From an uncultured Chloroflexia bacterium (GTDB lineage Bacteria > Chloroflexota > UBA6077 > JACCZL01), in NCBI GenBank assembly GCA_963765765.1, contig CAVXYC010000023.1, forward strand, positions 1 to 64,000: a stretch of 64,000 nucleotides of DNA, in the 5' to 3' direction. Within the stretch, counting starts at the first letter, position 1. Each line of letters opens with the position of its first letter. Both the position numbers and the translations under genes were made by a program. The notes beneath the pieces are model-generated. The model was not told the DNA's origin. It was given only the letters and a program-made list of their open reading frames with translations, and did no database searches. Of the stretch, positions 1 to 12,199 are shown piece after piece.

Positions 1-3000
1 GGCCTGGTCGGCAAACGTCTCGAGCAGGGCGATCTGCGCAGCCGTGAATGGCTGTACCTCCCGACGCAGGATCGAGATAGATCCGATCGCCACCGCCACG
101 CCCTCAGAGAGTAGCGCGTGTTACTACCACTAAACTCAGTCCCCAGTCGATAAGCGTTGGCCTTACGAACTCGTCCTGGTTGGCGAAATCCTCGATGTGG
201 ATCGTTCGCCGCTCCAGCACGGCTCGACCAAGAATCCTCTCGGGAGTGATGGGAACCTCTTCATCAATAGAGGACACGCGAGAACAACAGGCTGACACGC
301 CTGATCACATTTCCGTCCACGCGCCGAACATTGGCATGTACGCCTCCGCACAACCGGGCTGCGTTCTCGGCTACGGTTTCCAGAACGGTCTGGAGATCCG
401 TCGGCGAAGGGGCCATCACTCGTAGGACCTCGCCGGTGGCTGTTCGCTGTTCCAGGGGCCAAATCTCAGCTCCCTGTTGCGATCCTCCAGCTCCTGAAAT
501 AGCCGCGTGTTCTCGATAGCGATGACCGCCTGGTCGGCGAACGTCTCGAGCAGAGCGATCTGTTTCTCGCTGAACGCGCGAGGCCCGTGGCGGCGTAGCG
601 CGATCACCCCCAGGGGCACACCATCGCGCATGAGTGGTGTTGCCACGATGGCTCGCGCTCCAAGCTCCCGTCGGCCCTCGCGCGCATTGTGACCCAGCGC
701 GCGTCGTGCCTGGTGCGGGCCTCGGCCCAGTCGTCCCCAGGAAGCGTTGCGATGTCGGCCACGTGGATCGTCTGGTGATCGATGACCGCACGGCCGACGA
801 TGACGCCGCGCGTCAGCGGCAGTGAGCCGGCCGCGGGAATCGAACCGAACTGCGCGGTGAGCGGAGCGCATCACCCTCGACACGCCGGATGTTTACGTCG
901 ACGGCATCACACAGCTTCGCCGCGCTCTCAGCGAGCGTATCGAGGACGACCTGGAGATTTCCGGGGGACCGGGCGATGACGCGCAGCACTTCGCTCATAG
1001 CGGTCTGCTGCTCCAGCGCCTCCGACTCACGCGCCAGCGCCTCAGTCAATTCGCCGTTGCGATCCTCGAGCTCCTGGAAGAGGCGCGCGTTCTCGATCGC
1101 GATCACGGCCTGATCGGCGAACGTCTCCAGCAGGGCAATCTGCTGGTCGGTGAACGGATTCACATCCAGACGCCGGAGATGGATCGACCCAATGGCAACG
1201 CCCTGGCTGAGCAGGGGCGTGACCAGAAGGGTGCGGATGGGGAGGAGATCTTGCGCCTGACGCGCCGAGCGAATGGCGAGATCATCTGGAAACTCGCTTT
1301 CAGGCTCCGCGAGCAGGTCGGGAACATGCACCGTCCGCTGCTCGATCACGGCTCGACCCCCGGGGGCCCCGCGGTCAATCGGCAAGTCCTCCCGGGCGAT
1401 CTCCAGCGAGCCATAATGGGCCGCTGTGCGCAGCCTGTCACTGTTGACTCGGCGGATGACAGCGTCATCCGCGTCACACAAGCGCGCCGCGTTCTCCGCT
1501 ACGGTGAAAAGCACTGCCTGGAGGTCAGTCGGCGAGCTGGCAATGACTCGCAGCACTTCGCTCATAGCGGTCTGCTGCTCCAGCGCCTCCGACTCACGCG
1601 CCAGTGCCTCGGTCAACTCGCCGTTACGCTCCTCCAGCTCCTGGAAGAGACGGGTGTTCTCGATCGCAATGACCGCCTGATCGGCAAAGGTCTCCAGCAG
1701 CGCGATCTGTGTGTCCGAAAACGGACGCGGCTCCATACGACGCATGCCAATCGTTCCAATGACGGCTCCCTCGCGGAGCAGCGGCGTGGCAGCACGGTGC
1801 GCCATGCGGCATCTCGTGACTGTGCGATCAGGTACTCATTCGGAACGTCCGCCAGATCGGGCACGTGGATGGTTCGCCGTCAAGGGCGGCGTGACCAACG
1901 ACTGATTGGCGGTCGATTGGGAGGGTTTCCGCGAGAGTGACCATCGGCCCGTAGTTCGCGGCCATACGAAGCTCGCCAAGGTCCACCCGACGAACCATCG
2001 CGTCAGATGCGTCGCATAGCCGAGCAGCGTTTTCGGCCACGGTCTGCAAAACGGAGTCGAGATCAGTCGGCGACGTCGCGATGACCCGCAGCACCTCGCC
2101 TGTCGCGGTCTGCGGGCCAGGGTTTCGCTCAGGTCATTGTTCCGATCCTCTAGCTCCTCGAACAGCCGCGCATTTTCGATAGCGATGACGGCCTGGTCGG
2201 CGAATGTCTCCAGCAGGGCGATCTGCTTCGGCGTGAACGGCCGTATCTCCTGGCGCCAAATCATGATAACGCCGATGCCCATTCCTCCGCATAGCGGCAC
2301 CACCAGCGGGCAACGACGCCCCATTGCTGAGCCGGCGAACTGGGCGAGGTCGTTTTATTCGGCGAAATCAGGGACGTGTGAGTTCGACCATCCCGAAACG
2401 CCAGGCCAAGTAGGGTTCCGTCAATCGGAACGCTGCCCGTCCTCGGTGGAATTGGTCCGTAGTTCGCGATCAGACGCAGGCTATCCCCGTCTACCTGCCT
2501 GATCAATGCGTCGCTCGAGTCACAGAGCCGCGCCGCGTTCTCCGCCAACGTGTCCAGTAGGACCTGAAGGTCGGTAGGCGAGCTGGCGATCACCCGTAAC
2601 ACGTCGCCCGTCGCGGTTTGCTGGGCCAGCGACTCAGACAGGTCCTTATTGCGCTCCTCGAGCTCCTGAAACAAACGTGTGTTCTCAATCGCGATGACCG
2701 CTTGATCGGCGAACGTCTCCACGAGTGCAATCTCGCGGTCGGTGAACGCTTTCACCTCAGTCCGAATCATCACCATGACTCCGAGCAGCGCGCCGTCGCG
2801 AACCATTGGGACGCCCAAAACCGAGTGATATGGCTCGAACGCGGGAAGGGACGCCCACGGATGGTCTGGGTCAGCCTGTATGTCAAGAACGTGTACGGTT
2901 TGCCTGGTCAAGGCGGCCCTGGCAGCCACTGTGGGTGACTCAATACTCAACGGGTGCTGGTTGATGAATTCACTAACGGCCGGAGTCGAGTTGTGATCGG

Positions 3001-3777
3001 CTGCTAATTGGCAGCGCCTCGCCGTTGAATCGATAGAGCCACCCGCATTCCGCCTCACAGAGTCGGGCGCCATTCTGTACGAGCGTCTGGAGAATCGGCT
3101 CCAGATCGAATGCCGAGCGGCTGATGGCCCGCAGTACCTCGCTGGTAGCGGTCTGCTGGTCCAGCGATTTTCCGCATAGAACTCGTTGATTTTTCGGGGT
3201 CTTCTAGCTCCTGAAACAGCCGCGAATTTTCGATCGCGATCACTGCCTGATCGGCAAATGTTTCCAGCAGGTCTATATGCTGTTGCGTGAATGGGCGGAC
3301 CTCGGCGTGGCGGACAAGAATCACCCCGATAGCGGTTCCCTGGCTCAGCATGGGCGTAGCTAGAACGCTGCGCAGATGCGTCAATCCGCGCGATGTGGCG
3401 ATTGGATACTCATCGGCAGGCTCAGCAAGGAGGTCGGGCACATGCACCGTCCGCTGCTCGATCACTGCCCGTCCCCCGATGGCGCCCCTATCAATTGGCT
3501 GCGTTTCGAAAGCAACATCAACAGGACCGTAGTGCGCCGCCAGGCGAAGCTGGTTACCGTCGGCTCGCCGAATCATCGCGTCGTCCGCGCCGCACAGACG
3601 CGCCGCGTTCTCAGCCACCGCATCGAGGACCGCCTGGAGGTCCGTTGGCGAGCCGGCGATGACGCGCAGCACTTCGCTTATGGTGACCTGTTGTTCCAGC
3701 GCCACGGCCAGCCCTTGCCGAAGCCGAGCGTTCTCCGCCTGGAGCTCCGCAATGGTTGGTTGAGGCTCAACGGTCAT
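1..3777 (-). CDS. Multi-GAF-domain sensor protein (at least 7 tandem GAF domains), 3' end outside the window, frameshifted in this assembly
   Basis: Starts [21 protein letters not shown] after a GAGGA RBS. The motif [18 protein letters not shown](A/T)RLF recurs near 3240, 2690, 2180, 1670, 1100, 520 and 1-36, joined by coiled-coil linkers ([22 protein letters not shown]). ORF pieces 3055-3777, 2261-3073, 1836-2324, 813-1805 and 416-883 are collinear. Confidence 0.85.
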
Positions 3778-3784
3778 GGCAGTC

Positions 3785-3916
3785 CTCGTAGCACGGGGGC
3801 TTGTCCCCTGTGCCTAATGCACCACCGCCCCACGGCGACGAAGGCAAACCGGTGAGGCACCCTCGTTTCGCATCCAGGTAACCCCAGGCACAGGGGACAA
3901 GCCCCCGTGCTACGAG
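3785..3916. repeat. GTAG-type REP doublet (REPIN-like palindromic element), copy 1
   Basis: Perfect 31-bp inverted arms ctcgtagcacgggggcttgtcccctgtgcct (3785-3815) and aggcacaggggacaagcccccgtgctacgag (3886-3916). Each arm is GTAG followed by an internal hairpin. A second copy lies at 62782-62890. Confidence 0.85.
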
Positions 3917-3939
3917 TGATTTCGGAGCTGATAGAGCGC

Positions 3940-6900
3940 TCACGATTGGCAATCCGTACGCACCGGGATCTCGAACGCGAATGTCGATCCCCGGCCCCTC
4001 CTCCGACTCCACCCAGATCCGTCCGCCATGCAGCTCCACAATCCGCCTGGCGATACTCAGCCCCAGCCCCGTCCCGCCCTTCTCGCGTGTGCTCGACGTG
4101 TCCGCTTGCTGGAACTCCTCGAAGATCTTCTCCTGCTGCTCAGCCGAGATCCCGGGCCCCGTGTCCCGCACGGTCACGAGGAATCGACTTTCGGTTGTCG
4201 GATGTCGGCCGTCGGCTGTCTGCCGATCCCTGATGGCTGAGGACTGACTGCTGACAGCCGACGACTGATGGCTGATCGCTGACGGCTGATCGCTAATAGT
4301 CGAGAGCTGAGAGCTGATGACCACCTCACCCCGATCTGTGAACTTGATGGCATTGCCCACCAGGTTCAAAATGACCTGCACCAGCCGCCGGTCGTCCCCG
4401 TATCCCATCGGCAGGTCAGTCGCGACCTCGGTTCGCAGTTCAATCCCCTTCTCGGACGCCAGCGGCTCGACGGCGGTATGCACTGTCTGAATCACGTCCG
4501 CCAACGCATACTCCTGCGGTGTCAGCAAAGCTGGCCGGCTTCCATTTTGCTCAGGTCCAGCACGTCGTTGATCAACCCCAACAGGTGCTGTCCGCTCGTC
4601 TGCACCCGTTCCAGCGTCTCGGCGATCTTCTCCGGCACGTCGCCGTAAATCTCATCCAGGATCAACTCGGTGTAGCCCAGGATCGCGTTGAGCGGTGTTC
4701 GGAGCTCGTGCGACATGTTCGCCAGGAACTGCGATTTATGCTGGCTGGCGATCTCCAGCTGGCGACTTTCTCCGCCAGTTGGTTAAACAGACGCGCGTTC
4801 TGGATGGCCAGCGCGGACTGGCTGGCGAACGTCTGTAGGAGCGCAATTCTCTCCGCTGCCACCGCGCCGGGTGTGCCGCGTCTTACAACCAGTCCACCGA
4901 TGATCTCGTCTTCTCGGATGAGCGGCACCGCCAGCATGGCCCGATAACCGGCCTGGACCAGAACGTGGCGCATCGGGCCCTGGTATGCGCCTTCGTCCAG
5001 GATGTCCTCGACCTGCAAAGGTTGACGCAGCTCGGCCGCGCGCCCCAGAAGTCCCTCGCCGGCTCGTAGTGGCGCGCGCCGCAGCACCTCCGAGACCTGT
5101 CCCAGACCCTGCGTGGATCGCTCGTCGAATATACCCGTGGCCGTGTCGTATTCGAAGATAGATCCGCCGTCCATCCCCGAAAGCTGCACGGCATGTCCCA
5201 GGACGGTATCCAGAACATCCTTGAGGTCCAGCGTTGAGCTGACCGTTTGGCTGACCGCACCCAGCGCCTGCAGCTCATCGACCGATTGCGCCAGCTCGCG
5301 CGTACGCTCCTGCAGCTCGCCGAATAGCCTGGCGTTCTCTATCGCAATGACCGCCTGGTTCGCGAATGTCTCGATGAGCGCGATCTGGGAGTCCGAGAAG
5401 GGCCGAACCCCAGATCTCCGAACGCCCAGGTTCCCAATGGCTTCGCCATGAAGGAGCAAGGGAGTACCCGCGACCGTCCGAATGTCAGACGACTCCAGGA
5501 TGCTCTTTGCTTCCGGAAACTCGTCCAGAGCCCGTTCTAGGTCTGGGACGTGGATTGTGCGTCGCTCAAGGACCTGCCGTCCCGCGATGGAGTCTCTGGT
5601 GACGGGGACGTCGATTCGCCGATTCGGAATCAAGTCGGATGTCGCAACGAGATGAAGCGTATTACCTTCCAGCCGACGAATGTAGACGTCCGAGGCGTCG
5701 AAGAGGAGCGCGGCGATCTGGAAAAGCTTGTCAAGCACGGCTTGCAGGTCCGCTGGCGCCGACGCGATAACCCGCAATACATCGCTCGTGGCCGTTTGCT
5801 GCTCCAGCGACTCACTCAATATCGCCATTCCGCTCCTGCAGCTCCTGGAAGAGTCGCGCGTTCTCGATGGCGATCACCGCCTGATCGGCGAAGGTCTCGA
5901 GAAGTGCGATCTGGGCCTCCGTAAACGGCCCGTACTTCCGTACGTCGGACGCACCGAACGATCCCGATCGGCAAACACCTGGTCGAGTAGGGACCATCAG
6001 GGCTGGTCCGCCAGCTCGTCCGATCCGGCGCGCTCTTAAACCCGCGGACATGATGAATCATTATAGAGGCCGCGATAACCGGCACGGTGCGTCGTTCGCT
6101 AGCAGGAGCCTCGGCCGTGATGCCATGTGACCGGAACAGCTCCGGTTGAGGGATACCGTTAGCCGTGCCCGTAGTGCGTCACCGGCCGGGCATGATCACC
6201 CAACGGCACGCGCGATGATGGCGTCGTTGCCGTCGCACAGGCGGGCGGCATTCTCGAGCCAGTGTGTCGAGCACGGCCTGAAGATCCGTCGGCGACTGAG
6301 CGATGACCCGCAGCACCTCGCTCGTCGCCGTCTGCTGCTCCAGTGCTCAGCAGATCGCGATTGCGATCCTCCAGCTCCTGAAAGAGTCGCGCGTTCTCGA
6401 TGGCGATGACAGCCTGGTCAGCGAACGTCTCGAGCAGGGCGATCTGCTGGTCCGTGAACGGCTGGACCCCAGACCGCCGGACGCATGAGGGCCCCGATGG
6501 GGACGCCCTGGCGCAGCAGGGGCGTGACCACCACGGTCCGAATAGTCAGGAGCCTGCGCCCTGAAGCTCCCTACGCCCGGGTATTCCGGACTCGACTCCG
6601 ATGCCAGGTCGGGGATGTGGATCGTCCGTCGCTCGATAACCGCCCAGCGGAGGAACGTCGCGGTGTGATCTGGAGTCCTCGGGCGGCGTAGGTCGGGATC
6701 GAGCCCGAGGTGGGCGACCCAGCGCGTCGTGACCCGTTGACTCCGCGCCGACACTCGGCGTCATTCGCCTCACAGAGCGCGCGCGGCATTCTCGGCCACG
6801 GTCTCGAGCACGGCCTGGAGGTCGGTAGGCGAGCGCGATCACCCGCAGCACGTCACTCGGTAGCCGTTTGCTGCTCCAGCGACTCGGTCAAATCGCCATT

Positions 6901-9085
6901 GCGCTCTTCCAGCTCCTGGAACAGGCGCGTGTTCTCAATAGCGATGACTGCCTGGTCGGCGAACGTCTGCAGGAGCCCAAGCTGGGCGTCTGTGAAGGGG
7001 CGCACCTCATGCCGCAGAATCATGATGACGCCAATAGGCGTGCCTTCCGCAGGAGCGGGGTCACCAGAACGGTCCCGACCTCGCCCGCCGAGAGGCGGAC
7101 GACCCGAAATCCTGCTGATTTGCCAGGTCGCCGATATGAATTGTGTGCCGATCGAGGAACGCCCGACCGGCGACCGTCTCGGGGGCTATGCGCACTGCCT
7201 CATTCGGTGGACGCCAGCCGTAGGAGGCACACGGCGGAGGACGTCCCCTCGGCACGGCGAATAATGGCGTTCACCGCTCCACACAGTCGCGCGGCGTTCT
7301 CCGCCACCGTATCCAGCACCGTCTGCAGGTCGGTGGGCGAGGAGGCGATTACCCGCAGCACTTCGCCGGTGGCGGTCTGCTGCTCCAGGGCTTTATCCAA
7401 CTCCTTGTTGCGATCCTCGAGCTCCTGGAAGAGCCGCGTATTCTCGATGGCAATCACGGCCTGATCGGCAAAGGTCTCCAGAAGCGCAATCTGCTTCTCA
7501 GTGAAGGGCTGGACGTCCGTTCGCCGGATCACGATGCCCCCGAAGGGGACTCCCTCGCGCAGCAGCGGCGCGGCGAGCACCGTCCGAATTCCGTAGAGCA
7601 TCGCATTGTGTGGGACTCGGGACAGCTCTGCTCAGGCACTGCCGCGATGTCCCGGGACGTGTACCGGTTCGAGCGCTGCACCAAACGCTTCCCCGATGAC
7701 GAGCGGCAAGTGGGAAAGGCGTGAAATCAGGAGATGGATCCACATGCGCTCGCAGACGCCACGAGCCTCGATCATGCCGCCAGCGTAACCGTACGGATGA
7801 CCGCGTCCTGCGCCTCGCACAGCCGGGCCGCGTTTTCGGCGATAGTGTCCGAGCACCGCCTGGAGTCGGTGGGCGACGAGGCAATGACGCTCAGATAGCA
7901 CCTCGAGGCTGCTGCTCGAGTGCTGTTCAAGAGATTCCGGAGAGATCGCGATTGCGCTCCTCGAGCTCCTGGAATAAGTCGAGCGTTTTCGATGGCGATG
8001 ACCGCCTGATCGGCAAAGGTCTCGAGTAGCACAATCTGTTTCGGAGTGAATGGACGTACGTCGTACCTGAAGATCGTAATAGTCCCTATCGCCGTGCCCT
8101 CGCGCAACAGCGGAGTCGTCAGTGCGGTCCGCTTGGCCGGCTTCGGACTGAACAACCCGCGCTCCGGGAGTACTCGGAGTCGATAGCAGCAGCGAGGTCC
8201 TCGACATGGATCGTCCGGCGCTCCACTACGGCCCGACCAGTTGTGGTCCGCGCGGTCAATCTGCATTGAGTCTGCCCGGCTGAGCTTACCATAGGGCCAT
8301 GGGATGCCACGGCGCGAAGCTCATCATCCGCAATCCTTGTGATGACCGTGTCTTGCGCGTCACATAACCGCGCGGCGTCATGTGCAACGGCGTCAAGGGC
8401 GGCATTGAGGTCTGTCGGCGACTCAGCGACGGATCGCAGGAAATTGTTCGTCGCAGTTTGCTGCTCGAGCGACTCGATGAGGTCCTGATCGCGCTCCTCG
8501 AGCTTCTCGAAACAGCCGCGCGTTCTCGATGGCGATCACCGCCTGGTCGGCGAAGGTCTCCAGAAGCGCGATTTGCGAGTCTGAAAACGGGCGGACTCCG
8601 GATCGGCGGACCATGATCGTCCCGATGACCGACCCATTTGCCAGGAGCGGCGTCCCGGCGATTGTGCGAATGTCGCTGTGATCCACAATCCCGCCAGCGA
8701 CCGGGAATTCTTCGCGAACCGCTGACAGGTCGTGAATGTGAATCGTTTGTCGCTCTGACGCGAGGCGGCCGGCAATGGAATCGGAATCGAGCGGGATCTC
8801 GGCTCGCACGTCGCGAGTTCGTCGCCACCGGCCTTGCCGACGACACGTAGCGTGTCGCTCCTCGAGACGGCGGATCCGCACATCGGACGCGTCGAAAAGT
8901 CGAAGCGCGATCTCGGCTACGCGATCGAGCACCGACTGAAGATCGCCGATCGATGAGGCGATCAGGCGCAGCACTTCGCTGGTGGCGGCCTGCTGAGCTG
9001 ACGCTTCGGCAAGCTGGGCGCGCACATCCCGAAGCTCGTTGTCCTTAGAAGGACTTGGCTTGCCTGCGCTGGCTGGTTCGGCCAT
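3940..9085 (-). CDS. Sensor histidine kinase with 8 tandem GAF domains, HisKA and HATPase_c (frameshifted in this assembly)
   Basis: GAF C-terminal motif near 8540, 8000, 7460, 6940, 6400, 5870, 5345 and 4800. H-box [14 protein letters not shown] (~4716), N-box [17 protein letters not shown]-box IFEEF and GGTGLGL. Reconstructed C-terminus [16 protein letters not shown] with stop at 3940. Confidence 0.88.
4190..4321. repeat. Heptamer tandem/inverted repeat element inserted in frame in the HATPase domain
   Basis: About 5 tcggNNg units followed by about 13 tgaNNgc units (tgatggc tgaggac tgactgc tgacagc cgacgac tgatggc tgatcgc tgacggc tgatcgc...). Translates to [44 protein letters not shown]. 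Confidence 0.8.
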
Positions 9086-9123
9086 TCGCCCGCCTTCGCC
9101 GAGCCATATCGGCGATTCGCACC

Positions 9124-9152
9124 ATAGTAGAGCCGATTGCCAGCGCGGTCAA
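9124..9152 (-). promoter_or_regulatory. Sigma70-type promoter for the GAF histidine kinase
   Basis: Minus strand TTGACC (9152-9147), 17-bp spacer, TACTAT (9129-9124), about 40 bp upstream of the ATG at 9085. Confidence 0.6.
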
Positions 9153-9607
9153 TGGTCATTCTATGCGCGAAGGTATTACGCTGCGATCATTCAGCATCAA
9201 GTCCCCCGGCGGCATCTCGCTCACGCTCGGCCAGAGCTTGTGCTATTTGTCAGTCGGGTCTCTTGGCGGCGGTTCGCGGCTTGCCTGGCCGTCGCGGGCC
9301 TCGTGCGCATCGTCGGGCTCGTCGCTGGGGCGTGACCACCTGGCTGGCGCACAGGCACGTGTTCGGGCTCTTCATCTTGATCCCGTATTCGGCTCGTCAC
9401 TTCTGCGAGCTCTTGACCGACGCGACGTTGTCGCAGGCCAGGTCTGAGCAGACACCCCGGGATCGGATGAGCGCATCACCAGTGCATTTGGGTCATGCCC
9501 GACGGCACCGCTGGAACAGTGCCAGGTGGCATCGAGACGTATCACGTGCCAGCCCTATATTGATCACACTCGTGACTCGGCGAGCGGACGACGTGACGGG
9601 AGGAACT

Positions 9608-9952
9608 ATGGCGAACACAATGGCAGGTCAGACAAAAGAGATCTTTGAGCGGCTCGGTGGTGCAGGCTACGTGCCTCGCCTTCACGGAACCACGGCGACC
9701 GTACGCTACGACATCGTTGGAGCCGGCAGTTGGCACGTCGCCATCGACGATGGCTCAGTGACGGTGACCGAGAGTAACGCTCCCGCCGATTGTGTCCTCG
9801 AGCTCGAGGAGGAAACTTTCCAGCGCATCACGAGTGGACAGATGAAGCCAATCATCGCGTTCATGCAGGGTCTGATGACGCTAGAGGGCGAGCCGGCGAC
9901 TGCCCTGAAGGTCGCTGGGCTATTTTCCGCCATGGCCCCGGCGCATGCCTGA
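9608..9952 (+). CDS. SCP2 sterol-binding domain protein
   Basis: GGAGG RBS, then MANTMAGQTKEIFERL...WHVAIDDGSVTV...ADCVL...MQGLMTLEGE, the pattern of an SCP2 fold. It sits directly upstream of the debranching enzyme. Confidence 0.75.
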   Translation: MANTMAGQTKEIFERLGGAGYVPRLHGTTATVRYDIVGAGSWHVAIDDGSVTVTESNAPADCVLELEEETFQRITSGQMKPIIAFMQGLMTLEGEPATALKVAGLFSAMAPAHA

Positions 9953-10005
9953 GTAGGGGTGGGAAACGAATCCGATAGCTAAACGTAGGGGTGGGAGACG
10001 ATCCG

Positions 10006-12073
10006 ATGGCTCAAGCGACCGTAAACATTCTTGATGGCAGCACCTTCGTAGTAAGCGATACACGTGGAGACGTGGACGCGTCGCCCACCGATGCTCATGG
10101 CCTATTCCACAGGGACACCCGCTTCCTGTCGCGCTGGAATCTGACCATTGACGGCAAAACCACCAACGCCCTGTCAACGGACGATCTGCAGTACTTCTCC
10201 GCGCAGTTCTTTCTTGTGCCGGGAGGGGGCAGCGTATACGTTGATACGCCGTTGTCCGTGATTCGGAAACGCTCGGTTGGTAACGGGTTCCACGAGGACC
10301 TGACCGTGATGAATCACAGTGCGGAGCCAGTAGATCTGGACGTGCGGATCGACGCAGCATCGGACTTCGCCGACCTGTTTGAGGTGAAGGATGCACTGGC
10401 GAAGAAGGGCGAGTATTACCACAGGATCGAGGATGGCCGACTCGTCCTCGGCTATCGGCGCGAACGGTTTGTCCGCGAGACCTGGATCTCTGCCACCGAT
10501 ACCACCGCGATCGACGAGCGAGGCTTGAGCTATCGGCTCCACCTGGAGCCAAAGAGTGAGTGGACCGGCTGCCTGGACGTGGTCGCGGCCATGGACGGCA
10601 CGGGTGAGACGCACGCCCGCACCAAGTACGGGCATGGGGACGACCAGGCCAGGCCGGAGATGGCACTGAGCCTCGACGAGTGGCTCGCGACGGCGCCGCG
10701 GATCTCCTGCGACTGGGCACCGCTCGAGCGCATCTATCGCAAGAGCCTGGTGGATCTGGCGGCGCTGCGGTTCTCCATGAGGGTGGTGCCAGGCGGCGCA
10801 CTGCCCGCGGCCGGCCTGCCCTGGTTCATGACCGTCTTCGGGCGCGACAGCTTGATTACGAGCCTGCAGGCTCTACCCTTCACGTCCGAGCTGGCCACCA
10901 CAACCCTGCGCATGCTCGCCGCGACGCAGGGTACGCGAATCGACGACTTCCGCGACGAGCAGCCGGGCAGAATCGTCCACGAGCTCCGCATGGGCGAGAT
11001 GACGGCGTTCGAAGAGCGTCCGCACTCCCCGTACTACGGGAGCGCGGACGCTACGCCGCTCTTCCTGGTCATGCTCGACGAGACCGAGCGCTGGACCGGC
11101 GACGCGCAGCTCGTGCGTGAGCTCGAGAGCGAGGCTCGAGCCGCGCTGGCCTGGATTGACGAGCATGGCGACAGCAACGGCGATGGCTACGTCGACTACG
11201 AACGCCGGAACAAGGAAACCGGGCTCGAGAACCAGTGCTGGAAGGATTCCTGGAACTCGATCATCTTCAACGATGGCTCGCTGTCTGCGTTTCCACGCGC
11301 GACCTGCGAGATCCAGGGTTATGTCTACGACGCCAAGGTCCGGAGCGCGCGATTGGCACGCGAGTTCTGGAATGATCCTGCGCTGGCCGACCGTCTCGAG
11401 CGCGAGGCGGCCGAGCTGAAACGGCGTTTCAACGCCGATTTCTGGCTCGCCGATCGCGAGTTCTTCGCCCTGGCCATCGACGGCGATGGACGGAAGGTCG
11501 ATTCACTGACCTCCAATATCGGGCACCTGCTCTGGAGCGGCATCGTCGATGACGATAAGGCTGAGGTCGGTTGTCCGGCATCTGATGAGCGACAAACTCT
11601 TTTCCGGCTGGGGCGTGCGGACGATGGCGGTAGGCGAGGGAGGGTACAACCCGATCGGCTACCACGTCGGCACCATCTGGCCGCATGACAACTCGATGAT
11701 CGCTTTGGGGCTCGCACGTTACGGGTACCGCGCGGAAGCTGCCCGAATCGCGATGGGGATATTAGAAGCGGCCGAGTACTTCGACAACCGACTGCCCGAG
11801 GCGTTTGGCGGGTACCCGCGAGCCGCGACGGAGTTTCCCGTCGAGTACCCGACTGCATGCAGCCCGCAGGCCTGGGCAACCGGCGCTCCGCTTCTCCTGC
11901 TGCGCGCCGTGCTGGGGCTCGAGCCGGTTGGCGATCACCTGCTGGTCGACCCCGAGCTTCCGCGGAGCTGGGGTCGGCTGGAGCTGCTCGACATTCCGGG
12001 GCGCTGGGGGCAGGTCGATGCGTTTGGCCGTGGCAGGCTCGACTTCAGTAATGGCAGGGTCAAGACGGTGTGA
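10006..12073 (+). CDS. Amylo-alpha-1,6-glucosidase / glycogen debranching enzyme family (one frameshift near 11565)
   Basis: N-terminal GLFHRDTRFLSRW, then AAGLPWFMTVFGRDSLITS, EQPGRIVHELR, YYGSADATPLF, GLENQCWKDS, CEIQGY. Continues in ORF 11549-12073 with YHVGTIWPHDN and ACSPQAWA. Confidence 0.9.
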
Positions 12074-12199
12074 TCCTGGGCCCGTTGCCGGTGCGAATTC
12101 GCGCTGGCCACGCGCGAAGTGCTGAAAACTGAGCCGGCCGTGTAGTGCCAAGACAAGGGCACACGCCTGGATTTGCCCAGGCGTGTGCCTTTGTGTTCC

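Noticed and set aside
3767-3940. C-terminal extension of ORF 3767-4528 (…GLVPCAWG…GTGDKPPCY…)
   Set aside because: Read-through into the REP doublet caused by a frameshift near 3990. The real kinase stop is at 3940.
1-9000. Regularly spaced conserved ~40-bp motif resembling a CRISPR or DGR repeat array
   Set aside because: The spacing is about 540 bp, the motif encodes the GAF helix with third-position variation, and no cas or reverse transcriptase gene is present.
9137-9607. N-terminal 157 residues of ORF 9137-9952
   Set aside because: No protein-like features. The RBS and SCP2 similarity point to the ATG at 9608.
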